Origin: Salisapilia sapeloensis CBS 127946
Lineage: Eukaryota > Protista > Oomycota
Assembly (NCBI GenBank): GCA_023334545.1
Contig: JAADVB010000154.1
Span: 1-45,878 of the forward strand
Length of the DNA: 45,878 bases
Direction: 5' to 3'
Shown here: one piece after another, positions 1 to 12,079 of the stretch
Numbering within the stretch: the first letter of the stretch is position 1
Layout: each line of letters starts with the position of its first letter
Program-made: the position numbers and the translations under genes
The notes under the pieces: generated by a model
Databases searched by the model: none
Told to the model about the DNA's origin: nothing
Seen by the model: the letters and a program-made list of their open reading frames with translations, nothing else

Positions 1-1423
1 GAAATCGAACTTCTACCTTCGGAAAAGGTTCTCTCTTTGCAGCGTAAAGTTTCTCGGATAAATCTCGGTGAAGCTGCCTCGAGCCATGCGCTGTCATGGT
101 CGCACTTGACGTGTACGAAATCGTCGGTGTGTCCACCATTGCAATGATGTACTACAGGTGCAAGCACAAGAGCTGGTAAGCGAGTAAAATGCGATGGTAG
201 GCAGTTGGAAAATTGAAAAGTGAGGTAAGATATTTAGGAAGATTGGATGGTATTCGTACTATTATTAATCACATCAGGGGCCGCAATTGATACAATCAGC
301 GCAGTATCATCATTTGGTGGTACATGAAGAATTTAAATCGACCGTCTGTTGTACCAGAGGTGCCTTCGTTATCAAACGCGTCGTATTGAAAGCATGAGAC
401 ACACAAAGTAAAGGTGTACCGCCGCGGCTGCCTGTAGTCGGGCATGCTTGCAAGATACGCTATGAAGCAAACTGTACAACGCCTGAGTGTAGACAGGAAA
501 GGTGCTAGAAATCTCTTATCATGTCAGCCAGGTGCGATTAAACTGACTGTATCTGGTGTATTACAAGCAAACAGGTCGTGGTTGCAGTCTAACCGTGGAA
601 GTTTCAAAATGAATAGTTTCTAGAGACATTTGACTGACGTGATTAAAGGCACATGATAGAGCTTAACTTACTACTACCGAATCTGGCGTGCCAGCGGACG
701 ACCATACATTTAGCATGCGAATGTTCGCAGTTTATGAAACTCAGCTTCAAGGTTTAACGATCACAAGATGCTTATCATCGCTTAATCTTCCTGCGAGATC
801 GAGAAGAGGATACGAAAAACCGTCATCGTTGAAATGATACAAATAGAACACAGTCCAGCGCTCACACATACTCGTTGTCCAGGTTTCCAGTAAAAGCAAT
901 AGCTAAGAATCGTAATCTAGCTGGGTCTTGCTGCGGCAAGATATGTATTACTCATTAAAAGCAATGGAGATTGGCATGTTCTATGAAGTGAATGTAGGAT
1001 AGAGATAATAAATCACTCTTGTGCCCTCTTCTAGCTGTGAGCTTATGCTTTGTTTCTTAAGGCGATATCATTGTTCGTAACGAACATCCTGCCTTAATGT
1101 CTATCGTTAAACGTAGCTAACTTTATGAGAGGAAATGCGTATGAATCTACTGCTTAAAAACAAAACTATGTTTCAATAGCTAGTATATAAATTATTTGCA
1201 ATCTTAATACATGTGTGAGTATTAACTATAATATCCGTCCATTTTCTCGAGTCTGATTGTCTAAAGCAAATATACTTTCGATATCTACATTCATACAGCG
1301 AGTAGGCAGTAAATCTACCACATTATCCTTCATCCCAATATATTACGTTTACTAAATGGCTACATCCGAACCGTTATATCGGACCAAGAACAAGATCTTG
1401 GGAATCGAATCGCCGAAGAAGAG

Positions 1424-2374
1424 ATGATTCTGAATACGATGATGTTTTGGCTGATGGTGGTCGAGGCGACTGTGTGCCTCATCATCAGCCTTCCATTCGG
1501 CCGAGAGCTATCACAGCGACTCATCCAGTTCGTTTCCTCCCACGTCAGTCGAGACTCGAATGCCACAACCGTTGTCACAAGCACACTCGTCCTTGTCGCT
1601 GTTCTCTTTGCTTGTACGTTCTTTTAAAATCTTGTGACCATAAAGCAGGCTTATAATCTCTTAATTAGCCGATGTGAATACGACGTACCAGCACAGTGGC
1701 ACAGATGAAGACTGGAGTGACAGCATGCGCATCCACCTATTGACTGCCCAACGCAACATGTACATCTCTGGCTTTTGTCTCTTCCTCTTCCTGTACGTCT
1801 ATCCATCCATATTATTCAAGTAGCTCTTTTATATCTCATCGATCGATACAGACTACTCAGGCTCGTCTACATTTCATTGGAAACCAATCTAAAGCTCGAA
1901 AAGAGTTTAAACGCGATGAAAAAGCAGGCGCAAAGTGCTTCCAATGGATATACGCAGCTTTTGGAAGAGAATGAAAATATTACAAAACAGCTAAAGAAAG
2001 TGAATGAACTATTGGAAGATGAAGATGAGTCGGATGGGAAATCCAACAAGGCAGCGAATGTCCTGAGTAAACTCGTGGCTGAGAATAACAAGCTCACGAG
2101 CGAGCTGAGTGCTGCTCAGGTCGAAACGAAGAACTTAGGAGTAAAGATGGAGACACTACGAAAGCAAGCGGACGGGCAGAGCTCAGCGTACATGAAGTTG
2201 GTGGATGAGAAGACGGAAGGAGATAAACGAGATGAACGTCTGGCGGTCTTAGAGAAAAAGTTGGAGGAGAAGGAAAAGGAGATGGAAGAGATCAAGAAAG
2301 ACCGAGATTCTTTGCGTAGTCAAGTGCAGGACTATGACTTTATGTTTGCGGATGCGAGGAAGAAGGCGGATTAA
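1424..2374 (+). CDS. BAP31: B-cell receptor-associated protein 31/29-like ER membrane protein (3 exons: 1424-1613, ~1692-1792, ~1852/1861-2374)
   Basis: N-terminal hydrophobic helices (MMFWLMVVEATVCLIISLPF). The spliced exon 2 reads ...LLTAQRNMYISGFCLFLFL, the Bap31 signature. Long C-terminal coiled coil ending in a KKxx ER-retrieval motif (KKAD). GTACGT donors at 1614 and 1793. The exact acceptors are uncertain. Confidence 0.88.
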
Positions 2375-3445
2375 GTAGGAATACGATATCATTCGACTCG
2401 TTATGTGGTTTGAGGCATGGATTTATTCCGTTCGTTTGGTCGAATTAGTATAGTCAAACTGATTGTGCTCCTCTTTTCTACGTTCTTGTATGTTGACAGA
2501 ATGGTATCCTACGCCTATGTGTTTTGCTTGTATGTGGGTGGCTAAGATAACAAGACAAAGATGAAGCTCTGATCCATACTGTCATGATACAAGAATGCTC
2601 TCGTTATATCGATAGCGATTGAAGTTCTAGTATTTGAGATCTTACAGTTATGAATCTGTTCTGCAGAAGTCTGAAGTGCAGGACTCGTCTACCAATTTTA
2701 TCATATATAGCGTCTAACTTCTTAAATCTACAGTACCTCATGTAAACTTGAAAGGTAGATGTATCTCGCGGTAGCCTGAAGCCGATGGATATGTCTTTCG
2801 AGTGATAACAATCGCTTACATGAGTGATCTTGATATAGCTAGTTTACCTATCGAATAAGGTTACCACTTCTTATTCCATAAAGTCTCATCGTCGATTTGT
2901 ACCATTTGCTGCCTGCAAGAAGCCAAAGTTATCCACATCGCTTTATACTGTCCAAGTACACTTACGCGCTCATCATAAAAAGCATGGAGAGAACTATTTT
3001 AAACTACGTTTCTCGTCATGATAGATCGATAGCAAGGTGAGGGCGGTGTGGTAACGTCCAGCCATACATGATACAGAGGAGAATCAAGGACAGCCATCAT
3101 GCAGTTCCCAGTCGAAACGCATGGAGTTTGAGATCATGACAGGCGATGTACTCTCGATGACCTCCAACTTAAAGACCCATCGACCTTGCACCCAACCAGC
3201 ATAGAAGCCTGTCCATAGTTGTTAAGCCATTCATACCTGCTCCATCGTCCACCTTGACTACCTAGATGCAAATTGACGGAACGAACGATAGTTTTACCAA
3301 GCCGCTTCCTGTATTCTAGTACTTAGGACCTTTCCACAACTTGTGCTAGTCGATATCGTCACGATCGCTCCATTCAAAACAAAACCATGGTAGAAACGCT
3401 TTGGCCAGCTTTCAACCCATCAACTTGTTTTTCTTTGGAACGTGC

Positions 3446-3927
3446 TTACGCAGCAGCCTTGCGGCCAGCGGCGATCGACTTCTTGACGAGCGTCGACTTT
3501 TGCTTGCGGGCAATCATGAGCTTGAAACGGTCAAAGTCGTTCAAGTTGCGGCGAGCCTTCTTGTTGGCGAGCTTCTTGGCCCACGTGGTGCTGTTCCAAG
3601 CGTTGACCGTGTCCGCCTTCTCCAAAGCCTTCTTCAGAGTCTTTTCACGCGGCTGACGCGGGATGGCGACCGTCAAGTCCGTAAGTGCGAGACGCTTGAA
3701 AGGCATCATCTGACGGTTGACGCCAGTGACGTTGAACGGACCGTCGACGAGGGCGCGGTTCTCATCGACAACGTCGATGATGGTGGCGATCTTGCCAGCG
3801 TCCGGACCGTACTGCACGAGGACGACACGGCCCACTTCCACAAAGCGAGAGAAAGTCTAGGTAGTGGCACGTGGTTGAGTATACTAGTCATATAGAAAGA
3901 TAGGAAGCATCATGGTGGACATACCAT
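3446..3927 (-). CDS. RPL14: 60S ribosomal protein L14 (eL14); ATG at 3927-3925, intron 3924-3857, exon 2 3856-3446
   Basis: Spliced product MTFSRFVEVGRVVLVQYGPDAGKIATIIDVVDENRALVDGP...LNDFDRFK matches eL14. GTATGT donor directly after the ATG, and a CTAG acceptor that restores the frame. Confidence 0.97.
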
Positions 3928-4011
3928 ATTTAGGTAAGCTGTTCCTGGTAAATGTCTTGACCGACTGCGCTTGGTTGCGGACGCGTTTGGATGGAGCGAA
4001 AGCCATTCATC

Positions 4012-4027
4012 TTTTCAGCCAATCAAA
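4012..4027 (-). promoter_or_regulatory. CCAAT box upstream of RPL14
   Basis: The minus strand reads TTTGATTGGCTGAAAA, about 85 bp upstream of the RPL14 ATG. This resembles the extended CCAAT element described in Phytophthora promoters. Confidence 0.7.
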
Positions 4028-5904
4028 TTTAAAATTGTTCTGAACTATGTTGTTAGAAACAGGAGGTGGTTTCGTTGAGGTCCGAGGTTGCTATTTGGTA
4101 ACTTTTATTGACAAGTTAGATGGGACGGAAAGGTAGGAGGAAGTGTACTCATATTCAATGAGTTGATGGGAAATGCATACATCTACATAAATTATACTTC
4201 AAACGGTAAATTGAAGTCAAAAGTGATGTTTGTTTCGAGACTATGAAAGCTTGTATGTTCGAGCAATGACGGCGTGTTTGTATGGATTAAAAAGTAAAAG
4301 TAAAGTTTATTCTTGTTCATAAATTTCAACATCGATGAGGAATAGTTCTTTCTTTGTTTTGAGTACAAGATAAAAATAGTCATTCGATGTGAAACTCCTT
4401 CTTCATTCATAGTAAGAGCCATTCGGCCCATCAAACGCAGCTTCAGAGACTTGATCTCGGATGCTTGAATGCGACAACTACGAAAACTCGGAACAATAGA
4501 TCAGGTAAATGCCCCAGATACGGAAAGCTACCTTGTAGTGAATGAAAACCAGACGATCTATTCATAGCCAAGACATTGGTTAAAGCAAAATACTCCGCAT
4601 ATTTGGCATTGCAGTGTCAAATGTGACCGACTCAGTATCAGAGGGCGTATAAAATGCGATGAGAAGACTGATAAGGAAAAGGAAGGTCTATGGATCGACA
4701 CTAATGAGGGAAAATGAGCTCCATCAAGTTCCAGTTGAGTTGTTAGTGAAAACACTGCAATTGGTATGCACCTTTATGAGGTGAATGAGTCCTCTAGAGT
4801 GGTCTTGGCTATAGCTCTGATTTGATTTGGATGAAAGCTTAATTACAATCAAGGATACACACAAAGCATGAGGAAGAATGATATCCGAGTCGAGGATATC
4901 ACTCTAGTACCAGCTTTTAGTCATATATCACAATCCGGACGGATCCAATGAAATTTAATATGGATGAGTAAATTTCAAAAAGTGCTCAGAAGCAGTGTCG
5001 GTTCTGCACCTAGTTGTTGGAAATAAGTTGGTGTTAAGCAATATGGTGTATGCAGCTTTATAAATCTTTCAAACTGTTGCACTCTCACAAAACAAAAGAA
5101 TTCGACTTGATTACGACTTTATCTTCTGAGTGGACATTGCCATCCATAACGGCAGCTACTGAAGAGCTGCTGTCGAGGTCTCCACCATCGTCGACCAAAT
5201 TTGATTATGCTTATCTTTACATAGGTGACAATGACAATCAGTTTGGTGAAGTAATGCAAGCAATACTTGACTTCCAGACAAAAGCTCTTCGGGTCATTTA
5301 GGCTTCGCTACCACTAGACGTTGAAGCATTTGGAAGTCGTGTCTTCGACTGAGGCTATGGGAATCCTTTTTAGATTATAACAGCTTTCGAATTCTTGCAA
5401 ACTAATTGAAGAGATCGTTCATCCGTTATTATTTTAATGACAGCATGATCCTGCTTGTCACGAGAAGAGGTAAAACCCGGCCATCTGGATAAAAAATTAG
5501 GCTATATAACTCCTTTAAAGCGTTTGGAGGTGGGGAAGAGGCTGCGACCCATCATGAGGTCAGAACAAGCAGTTTGATCTGAAGTCACAGATAGACAGAT
5601 CATTCCATTGTCTCACTTTCATGGTCCCAGTCATTACTCGAGATATAGCGGGTGCATGCTGATTGCTCGGCCACTTCTCCAGTCGATACATCGCTGACTT
5701 AGCTAGCACTGGAGAATTATGCAGTGATATGGAACTGCGTTATGATAAAGGATAGTTCATCAGGGGTACATACGGCCAATTCTTAAACATCATTCGCACC
5801 CCTCTTCTCCTCAATTAAAAGTTGTGCATATCAAATGCAAATAAAAAGGCTTGCGTTCGAGAGAGATACATTTGATTGTAGTTTAATGATGTCTATATTC
5901 CCAG

Positions 5905-6180
5905 CAATAAATTACAGCGGGTCACATAGCGTACGTGATAATTCGCTACATGGCACTTTCAATCGATGTAGGAAAGCTGTGGGTTTCTCATCACAGTGAC
6001 TAGCCTTCGCACTAATCCACCCGCAATCGAAATTCAAATTGCCAAAGCTAGATCTGTCCTGTAGCCGATTGACAATGCAAGACTTGGATACCATGACTAG
6101 CGTGTTGGCAATGACCAATTCAAAGATATCACCAATTCGAAAAGAAATGGTTATTATGGGCATCATCGCGCTGCAAAGTC
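5905..6180 (+). pseudogene. Decayed fragment of an LRR/RNI-like gene (copy A)
   Basis: The + frame reads ...LHGTFNRCRKAVGFSSQ*LAFALIHPQSKFKLPKLDLSCSRLTMQDLDTMTSVL, with an in-frame TGA at 5997 where copy B has TGG. It has an LxxLDLSxxxL pattern and is homologous to the inverted copy at 6768-7030. Confidence 0.55.
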
Positions 6181-6767
6181 GGTAAAGGATTGAGATTTTT
6201 GTAGTTGGCTATATTTTGTAATGTAGCATGCGCAGTCGAATGATGTGAGTCTGGCAAAGCTGGTCATAACTCATGTCCAATCTTGTAGAATAAAATGTTC
6301 TTTTCTCCAGGGTATCAAACACCAGTAGCATGGACGTGATACTGTATCCAGGGACGTATGTCGGCCTGAATCTTTAGCAATACTTCACTCTTGTCGATGA
6401 AAAATCTTGAATGAAGGTTTCCACTTGCCAACCATTGAGATATTAGAAATCGCGTAGCCCTCGAGATGCCCAACTTTGAATCAACCAGGCTTGATCCGGT
6501 CGAAGCGCTTTAAAAGCTTATCGCTTTGACATCAAATCGAAATCATGTGGTTTTGTCGGTGGAACAGAAGTATCGACGGATTGCAACGCACCATAAATTA
6601 TTAAAGAGATCAATACTTTTAATATTTCAAGGGCTCATATCTATTTGCACTAGAAACTATTCCTTAAGCACAACGTCTTTATGCGCGTAAGTTGTCTGGT
6701 TTTAGCTACCGAAGCACTCTGGCGCAGGATTTGTAGCTATTGCTAGCGTATGTTCACTTCGTTTGTG

Positions 6768-7030
6768 GCTTTGCAGAGCGCAATGTCGTCTATACTGACC
6801 ACGTCTTTCCGAAGTAGTGCTATCATTCCCAACATGCTACCCATGGTGTCCATGTATTATATTGCAGATCGGTTGCAGGATAGACCTAGACGCGGCAGTT
6901 TGGATTCCTATTACGGGTGGAATAGTGCGAAGGCTAGCCACATCCACGGCAAGCCCATATCCGTCCAACATCAATTGAGAGTACCATGTAGCAAATTCCC
7001 AGATGTGCTATGTGAATTGATGTAATCTTT
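6768..7030 (-). pseudogene. Decayed fragment of an LRR/RNI-like gene (copy B, inverted relative to copy A)
   Basis: The - frame reads ...LLHGTLN*CWTDMGLPWMWLAFALFHP**ESKLPRLGLSCNRSAI*YMDTMGSML, with several in-frame stops. It aligns without gaps to copy A over about 190 nt, including an identical 15-mer (6000-6014 vs 6923-6937). Confidence 0.55.
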
Positions 7031-8550
7031 AGTTGCGAAATTAAGGGTACTTCCTCACGAAGCAGCGAGTTGGACTTGGAGGCAGAAAGAAGATGTTGTG
7101 CCTAGTGAGCAAGCTTTAAAGCGAGCTTGGCAGGATGAATAAGCGTCGCAGTCTCAGCAGCTTCCCCGTTGTACACTAGTATTTTAGTAGATTCTGCGAT
7201 TCTTTTGCTTTCAAGCATCTCTCCACTTCTGTACATCTGCAGGTTTCTTAGTTAGTTGTGGATCTTAAGTCACTCATCTTCTCACGAGAGACAGCCAGAG
7301 TTTTTGAACACTCAAGTTTCTTGTTGCCTTAACAACCAATGAGCAACCCTTGCTAGATCTACTTCTCAAGACGTGAGGAATGGAATCTGTACAGAGCATA
7401 CACTCATCAGGGTAAGATAAGGTTTAGTAAATACCGAGGCATTGGTTCGATCATCAATCAATAATGCTCTAAAATTGAGCCTAGTTACGCGGTTCTTCGC
7501 TTGCTTCTCTTTTCAACCTATTCTTATAACTAAACGAATAAGTTTCCACGTTAATGAAATTTGCAGCAGTTGTGCGTATGTGCGAATATTTTTCACTGGA
7601 GTGTACACAATTGTTGCTGATGAGCCGAAATTCTGTCCCTTTAACCATGAATGTACTCTGATTTATTGCCCTGTGACTATCACTCGAAGACATCATCTTT
7701 ACTTATACGACGATCGCCCAACAGTGATGACTTTGCCTTGCTTTTAAGAGATAGGCACCTACTTCTGTTGAGTTAGTTGGGAAATACCATTCTTGTTGCA
7801 AGGAAGACAGCATTTTTGTTTGTATGTTTAAAATAGAGCAACTTTTCGGAGATGATGTCGCTATGACATTGTAGCTCGTGTTCGTAGTACTCACCGTCTA
7901 ACCATTCAATGCTCGAGAGCTAACTTTTCAATAGGAAACTTCATTCCAATAAAAACTTGAAGCGTATGCACTTCTAGGTTACCATATCCGTAAATTTGTC
8001 GCCAGCTTCTGTGGATATTAGCTTCCATGCGAAAGGCGAACCAATAGCTATTATCCCTTTCTCTGCCAAGAAAAAAGGCTACGGTCTGGACACTCCTCTT
8101 GCCATCCAACGCGCAGTCGATGGAAGGAAGCTCATGAAAAGGTATATACGTGCAATGTTGTCCTAATCGAATAAGATGCAGAGGATACTAAGAAACAGAC
8201 TTATGGAGTCTGCATTAAGACTTTCTAGGCGCAATATCAGTTAAATACGTATCTTGCCCTTTGTAAATGCTTTCAAGTCTTAATATTTCCAAAGTTGCTC
8301 AATATGGAAAAGATGACCGAAAGTTCCACTCCTTCAATTACATCACCACTTCAGCTTATCTACCAAGCATGCGTAATCTACCTACGGCTACCTGCCTACA
8401 ATCTCTCGTCAAGTGTCCATCGCAGCACTCGTCCAACCATCCAGCCCCTCGCACCTCCCCCGACTCTCAACTTCAACAATAACAGCATCTATTCAAACAT
8501 AACGTTAGAAACCCGTCCGATCGGTTGGCCAGGACGCTCCCTCACCTCTA

Positions 8551-8568
8551 TCACTTCTTCATTTTCCG
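8551..8568 (+). promoter_or_regulatory. Oomycete INR+FPR-like core promoter of RPL5
   Basis: TCACTTC-TT-CATTTTCC lies 10 bp upstream of the ATG at 8579. It fits INR (YCAYTYY) plus FPR (MWTTTNC), with slightly longer spacing than usual. Confidence 0.6.
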
Positions 8569-8578
8569 TCAAGCCGCA

Positions 8579-9484
8579 ATGTTTGTCAAGGTCGTGAAAA
8601 ACAAGGCGTACTTCAAGCGCTACCAGGTCAAGTATCGTCGTCGCCGTGAAGGCAAGACGGACTACCGCGCCCGTAAGCGTTTGATTACGCAGGACAAGAA
8701 CAAGTACAACAGCCCCAAGTACCGTCTTGTCGTCCGTCTGACGAACACCAAGGTGATCTGTCAGATCGTGTACGCCGAGATCGAGGGTGACAAGATCTTG
8801 TGCCAAGCCACCTCCGCCGAGCTCCCGCGTTACGGCCTCAAGGTTGGACTCAAGAACTACGCCGCCGCGTACGCCACCGGTCTCCTTGTCGGTCGCCGTG
8901 TGCTCCAGAAGCTCGGCCTCGACGAGAGCTACGAGGGCAACACTGAGATTGACGGTGAGATCGTCAAGACCGAGCAGAACGGTCGCACGTTCTTCGTCGA
9001 CGAAGTCGATGACGAGAAGCGTCCGTTCCGTTGCTACTTGGACGCTGGTATCCGTACCACGACCACTGGCTCCCGTGTCTTCGGTGCCCTCAAGGGTGCC
9101 GCCGATGCCGGTATCGACATCCCGCACTCTGAGAAGCGTTTCCCGGGCTACGACCGTGACGCCAAGTCGTACGACGCTGAGGTCCACCGTGACCGTATTA
9201 TGGGCGTCCACGTTGGTGAGCACATGAAGGAGCTCGAGGAGGACGATCCTGAGATGCTTGCCGCCCACTACGCTTCGTACCAGAAGGAGGGCATTGACGG
9301 TGACGAGATGGAGGACTTGCTCGCCAAGGTGCACGAGGCCATCCGTGAGGACCCGTCTCCTTCGGAGAAGAAGACGCCGGTCATCGACAAGAAGTACAAG
9401 AAGCAGCAGAAGCGCTCGCGCCAGCAGCGCATGGCCCGTATCGCTCAGAAGAAGGCGTACCTCAAGGCCAAGGAGCAGCTCTAA
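8579..9484 (+). CDS. RPL5: 60S ribosomal protein L5 (uL18)
   Basis: [53 protein letters not shown]...[18 protein letters not shown]. Very strong C/G-ending codon bias. The true ATG is 8579, not the TTG start in the ORF track. Confidence 0.98.
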   Translation: MFVKVVKNKAYFKRYQVKYRRRREGKTDYRARKRLITQDKNKYNSPKYRLVVRLTNTKVICQIVYAEIEGDKILCQATSAELPRYGLKVGLKNYAAAYATGLLVGRRVLQKLGLDESYEGNTEIDGEIVKTEQNGRTFFVDEVDDEKRPFRCYLDAGIRTTTTGSRVFGALKGAADAGIDIPHSEKRFPGYDRDAKSYDAEVHRDRIMGVHVGEHMKELEEDDPEMLAAHYASYQKEGIDGDEMEDLLAKVHEAIREDPSPSEKKTPVIDKKYKKQQKRSRQQRMARIAQKKAYLKAKEQL

Positions 9485-11140
9485 GTTTTTGTAATCAATA
9501 ACATTGACAGGCATTGAATGGAAATCATTTTATGTTTATAGTTTCTTGTCGTTTGTGTCATGGTAGGTAGTGGCGGTTAGTCTTATACGCTGTCACGGTG
9601 CGTCGTTGCTGCTGGTGGTGGGTTGAATCGATAGACCGTGATCGTGTCGTTTTGGGATGCCATCATGTGGCCTTGGTACTTGCGACAGAAACCTAGCTTT
9701 CGTCTCCATTGGTGACATGCTGAAAGGACAAGGATGATTTTACTGTAGAAAGGAGGGTATTGACAAGGGTTACCTTCCAGAGCTTGCATAAGCGACCATG
9801 ATATGGGAATTGAGTCATGGGAAGTGCAGGCATGATGCTTTGTCAATATTCTGACGAGACGGCAAGAAAGAGGAAGTCAAGGAACTCGTGAACGTGTCTT
9901 AACCAAACCGACTTTTAATCAAGCGTGCAGATAATGCCTGTACTTGAAAACAGGTCTGGCAGCATCTTATAAGTACCCTCGTATGAGCATGACTGTTCTG
10001 TGAAGAATCGTGAATGAAAGCGCCAACGCTTGGACGCCTTCTGAAGCTCATGTATAAACGAGTTAGGTTTATACTACTATGAACGATAGCGTCCAAATGA
10101 TTTTCTCTACCAGAGTAGATGGCCTTGTTTCAAGATATGCAATTGCTCGAGTGTGCTACTTTCACGATCGTGCCTTTTGTTGAAACAATGCTACCATCGG
10201 TCCTTTCACATGAATATTTAGTCAGAAAGTAGTCCTACATGAGTGGCCTCTTCTTATAGTATGCTTTTGAGTGTCTAATTTTAATTCAGTGCAGTTTATG
10301 CTGGTAGTTTGGAGTGTGTTACCTGCCGCTTCTGTATTCTTTGTCGAAATTAGGAGTATTTTATTATAGATTGTTCTGGTGACATCTTTGTCATGAGTAT
10401 GGTGCAACAGTGCGGGTATATATTCGATCTTATTGTCCAAAGCTACGTTGCTTAAAACCACCAATAGTAAGGTGGTCAAGTTGCTTGTTGAGACTGGTGC
10501 GAGCAATCGTAATCTCTCCATTCTATCTTTACGAGAACAGCTCATTTTAACACAGACTCATATAACGACTTCGTGTTTAGTATTTCGATAGGTTTATGGC
10601 GATTTCTTTCTGTAATCTTCACTACGTTTGAGTGTATAAAGAGTAGATTGCTGTGCGAGAACAGTTTAAGACACGATCGACTTGATAGTCCCTTGTTAAC
10701 TTCCAGACTATTAAAGCAAAACTTCTGTTGCGCTAGCTGCTACGCAATCGCGCTTGTAAGCTTGAATGGATAGTAGACACCGCTATATTAATCAGATGTG
10801 CGCCTTTGGACTGGATCGCACCAAAATACGCAAGACTCAGAGAATTTGAACACACCACCATTGATATAATAATATAGTATAGTCAATTGTGGTCTTTGTA
10901 GATATAACATGTAATATGGAGCATATCAAGCTCAATGATTTCAAGCTATAAAGCACAAGGACAGCATCAAAGACCATGACGATTGATCTATTCCGTGTAT
11001 AGTATTATCATTTCTGAGTCGAATCTCAACCATGCACACGACTTTTATTCGACGAAAGTCTGTATTTTCATCCAATCACTGGCCCCTTTCAGACACGAAA
11101 CCGAACAACAAGTACCTAAAAGCTCGACTTCGCGACCACC

Positions 11141-12019
11141 ATGAGCTTCTCCTTGAGTATCAGTGGCAAGAAAGGCAAGAAACAGTATGGTCTTGTGCTG
11201 CCAAAAAGTAAACAAAAGGATAGTACTACGACTTTCAATGTATTTGCTGCAGCAGCTGCTCAAAACGAAGATCAAAGCAACGAAAATAATAGTGTCGGAC
11301 GCCAAGCACTCAACAGTGTCGAGCAGAAGAAAGTAGAAGCAGCGCATTCAGCAGCATTACAAGAAGACCCTTCCGTCTTTGACTATGACGGAGTATATGA
11401 CAGTATCACGGAAGAGCGAAACAAACAGTCTGCTCGAGCGAAAGCAGCTCGAGAAAAAGACAAGAAGAGTTCTAAGTACATTGGTACGCTCAAGGAAAAA
11501 GCCAAAGTCCGAGAGATGGAGCATGAACGTATGCGTGAACGTCGTCTCTTGAAAGAACGACAGAAAGAAGATGAGCTATACGGAGATAAGGAAAAGCTCG
11601 TGTCTGCTTCCTACAAGCGCAAGTTGATGGAAATGAAGCAATGGGAGCAAGAGGACAAACGATTGGATGCTGTGGAAGAAGCCGAGGACGTGACGAAGCG
11701 AGGAGATGAAGCCATGGCATCGTTTTACTCGAATTTAATGAATAAAAACTTGGCCATGGGGGGTGATGTGAAACACGCCAAGAGTGCGTACACGACGGCA
11801 GCCACCGACAAGGCAGAGACTGAAAAGAAGGAGGTATCAGATAGCAGGAAACGAAAGAGTCCAGAGCCAGAAGCGAAGAAGCTAGTGAAAACTCCAGAGA
11901 TAGAAGATAGTAAAGTGCCATCTCAAAAGGAGGACAACACTCCATCACAAAGTAAGGAAGATGCGATTGCTGCTGCCAAAGCTCGATTCTTGGCTCGTAA
12001 GAAAGCAAAACAGACGTAA
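11141..12019 (+). CDS. NSRP1: Nuclear speckle splicing regulatory protein 1-like (CCDC55/DUF2040)
   Basis: EDPSVFDYDGVYD...SKYIGTL...ERQKEDELYGDKEKLVSASYK matches the DUF2040 signature. Charged coiled coil and a basic C-terminus. Confidence 0.85.
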   Translation: MSFSLSISGKKGKKQYGLVLPKSKQKDSTTTFNVFAAAAAQNEDQSNENNSVGRQALNSVEQKKVEAAHSAALQEDPSVFDYDGVYDSITEERNKQSARAKAAREKDKKSSKYIGTLKEKAKVREMEHERMRERRLLKERQKEDELYGDKEKLVSASYKRKLMEMKQWEQEDKRLDAVEEAEDVTKRGDEAMASFYSNLMNKNLAMGGDVKHAKSAYTTAATDKAETEKKEVSDSRKRKSPEPEAKKLVKTPEIEDSKVPSQKEDNTPSQSKEDAIAAAKARFLARKKAKQT

Positions 12020-12079
12020 ATCAACATGCGAAACTCTTTTGTATTGCAAAGTATAAATACGCAAGGTGTATAGGATCCA

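Noticed and set aside
1069-1083. Short palindrome TGTTCGT-A-ACGAACA
   Set aside because: 7-bp arms are expected by chance in a window of this size.
5912-7025. ORF-track calls 5912-6166(-) and 6750-7025(+) as a pair of small real genes
   Set aside because: The opposite strands give a more protein-like LRR-type consensus with premature stops, so I treat them as pseudogenes. The alternative stays testable.
8489-9514. 341-aa ORF antisense to RPL5 (similarly 3401-3895, 32774-33643, 37424-38503, 40081-40806, 41713-42438)
   Set aside because: Antisense shadows of highly codon-biased genes. They are V/L/D-rich, have no recognisable motifs and overlap a clearly real gene on the other strand.
10222-10545. 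107-aa minus-strand ORF between RPL5 and NSRP1
   Set aside because: No recognisable motif or codon bias; consistent with a chance ORF.
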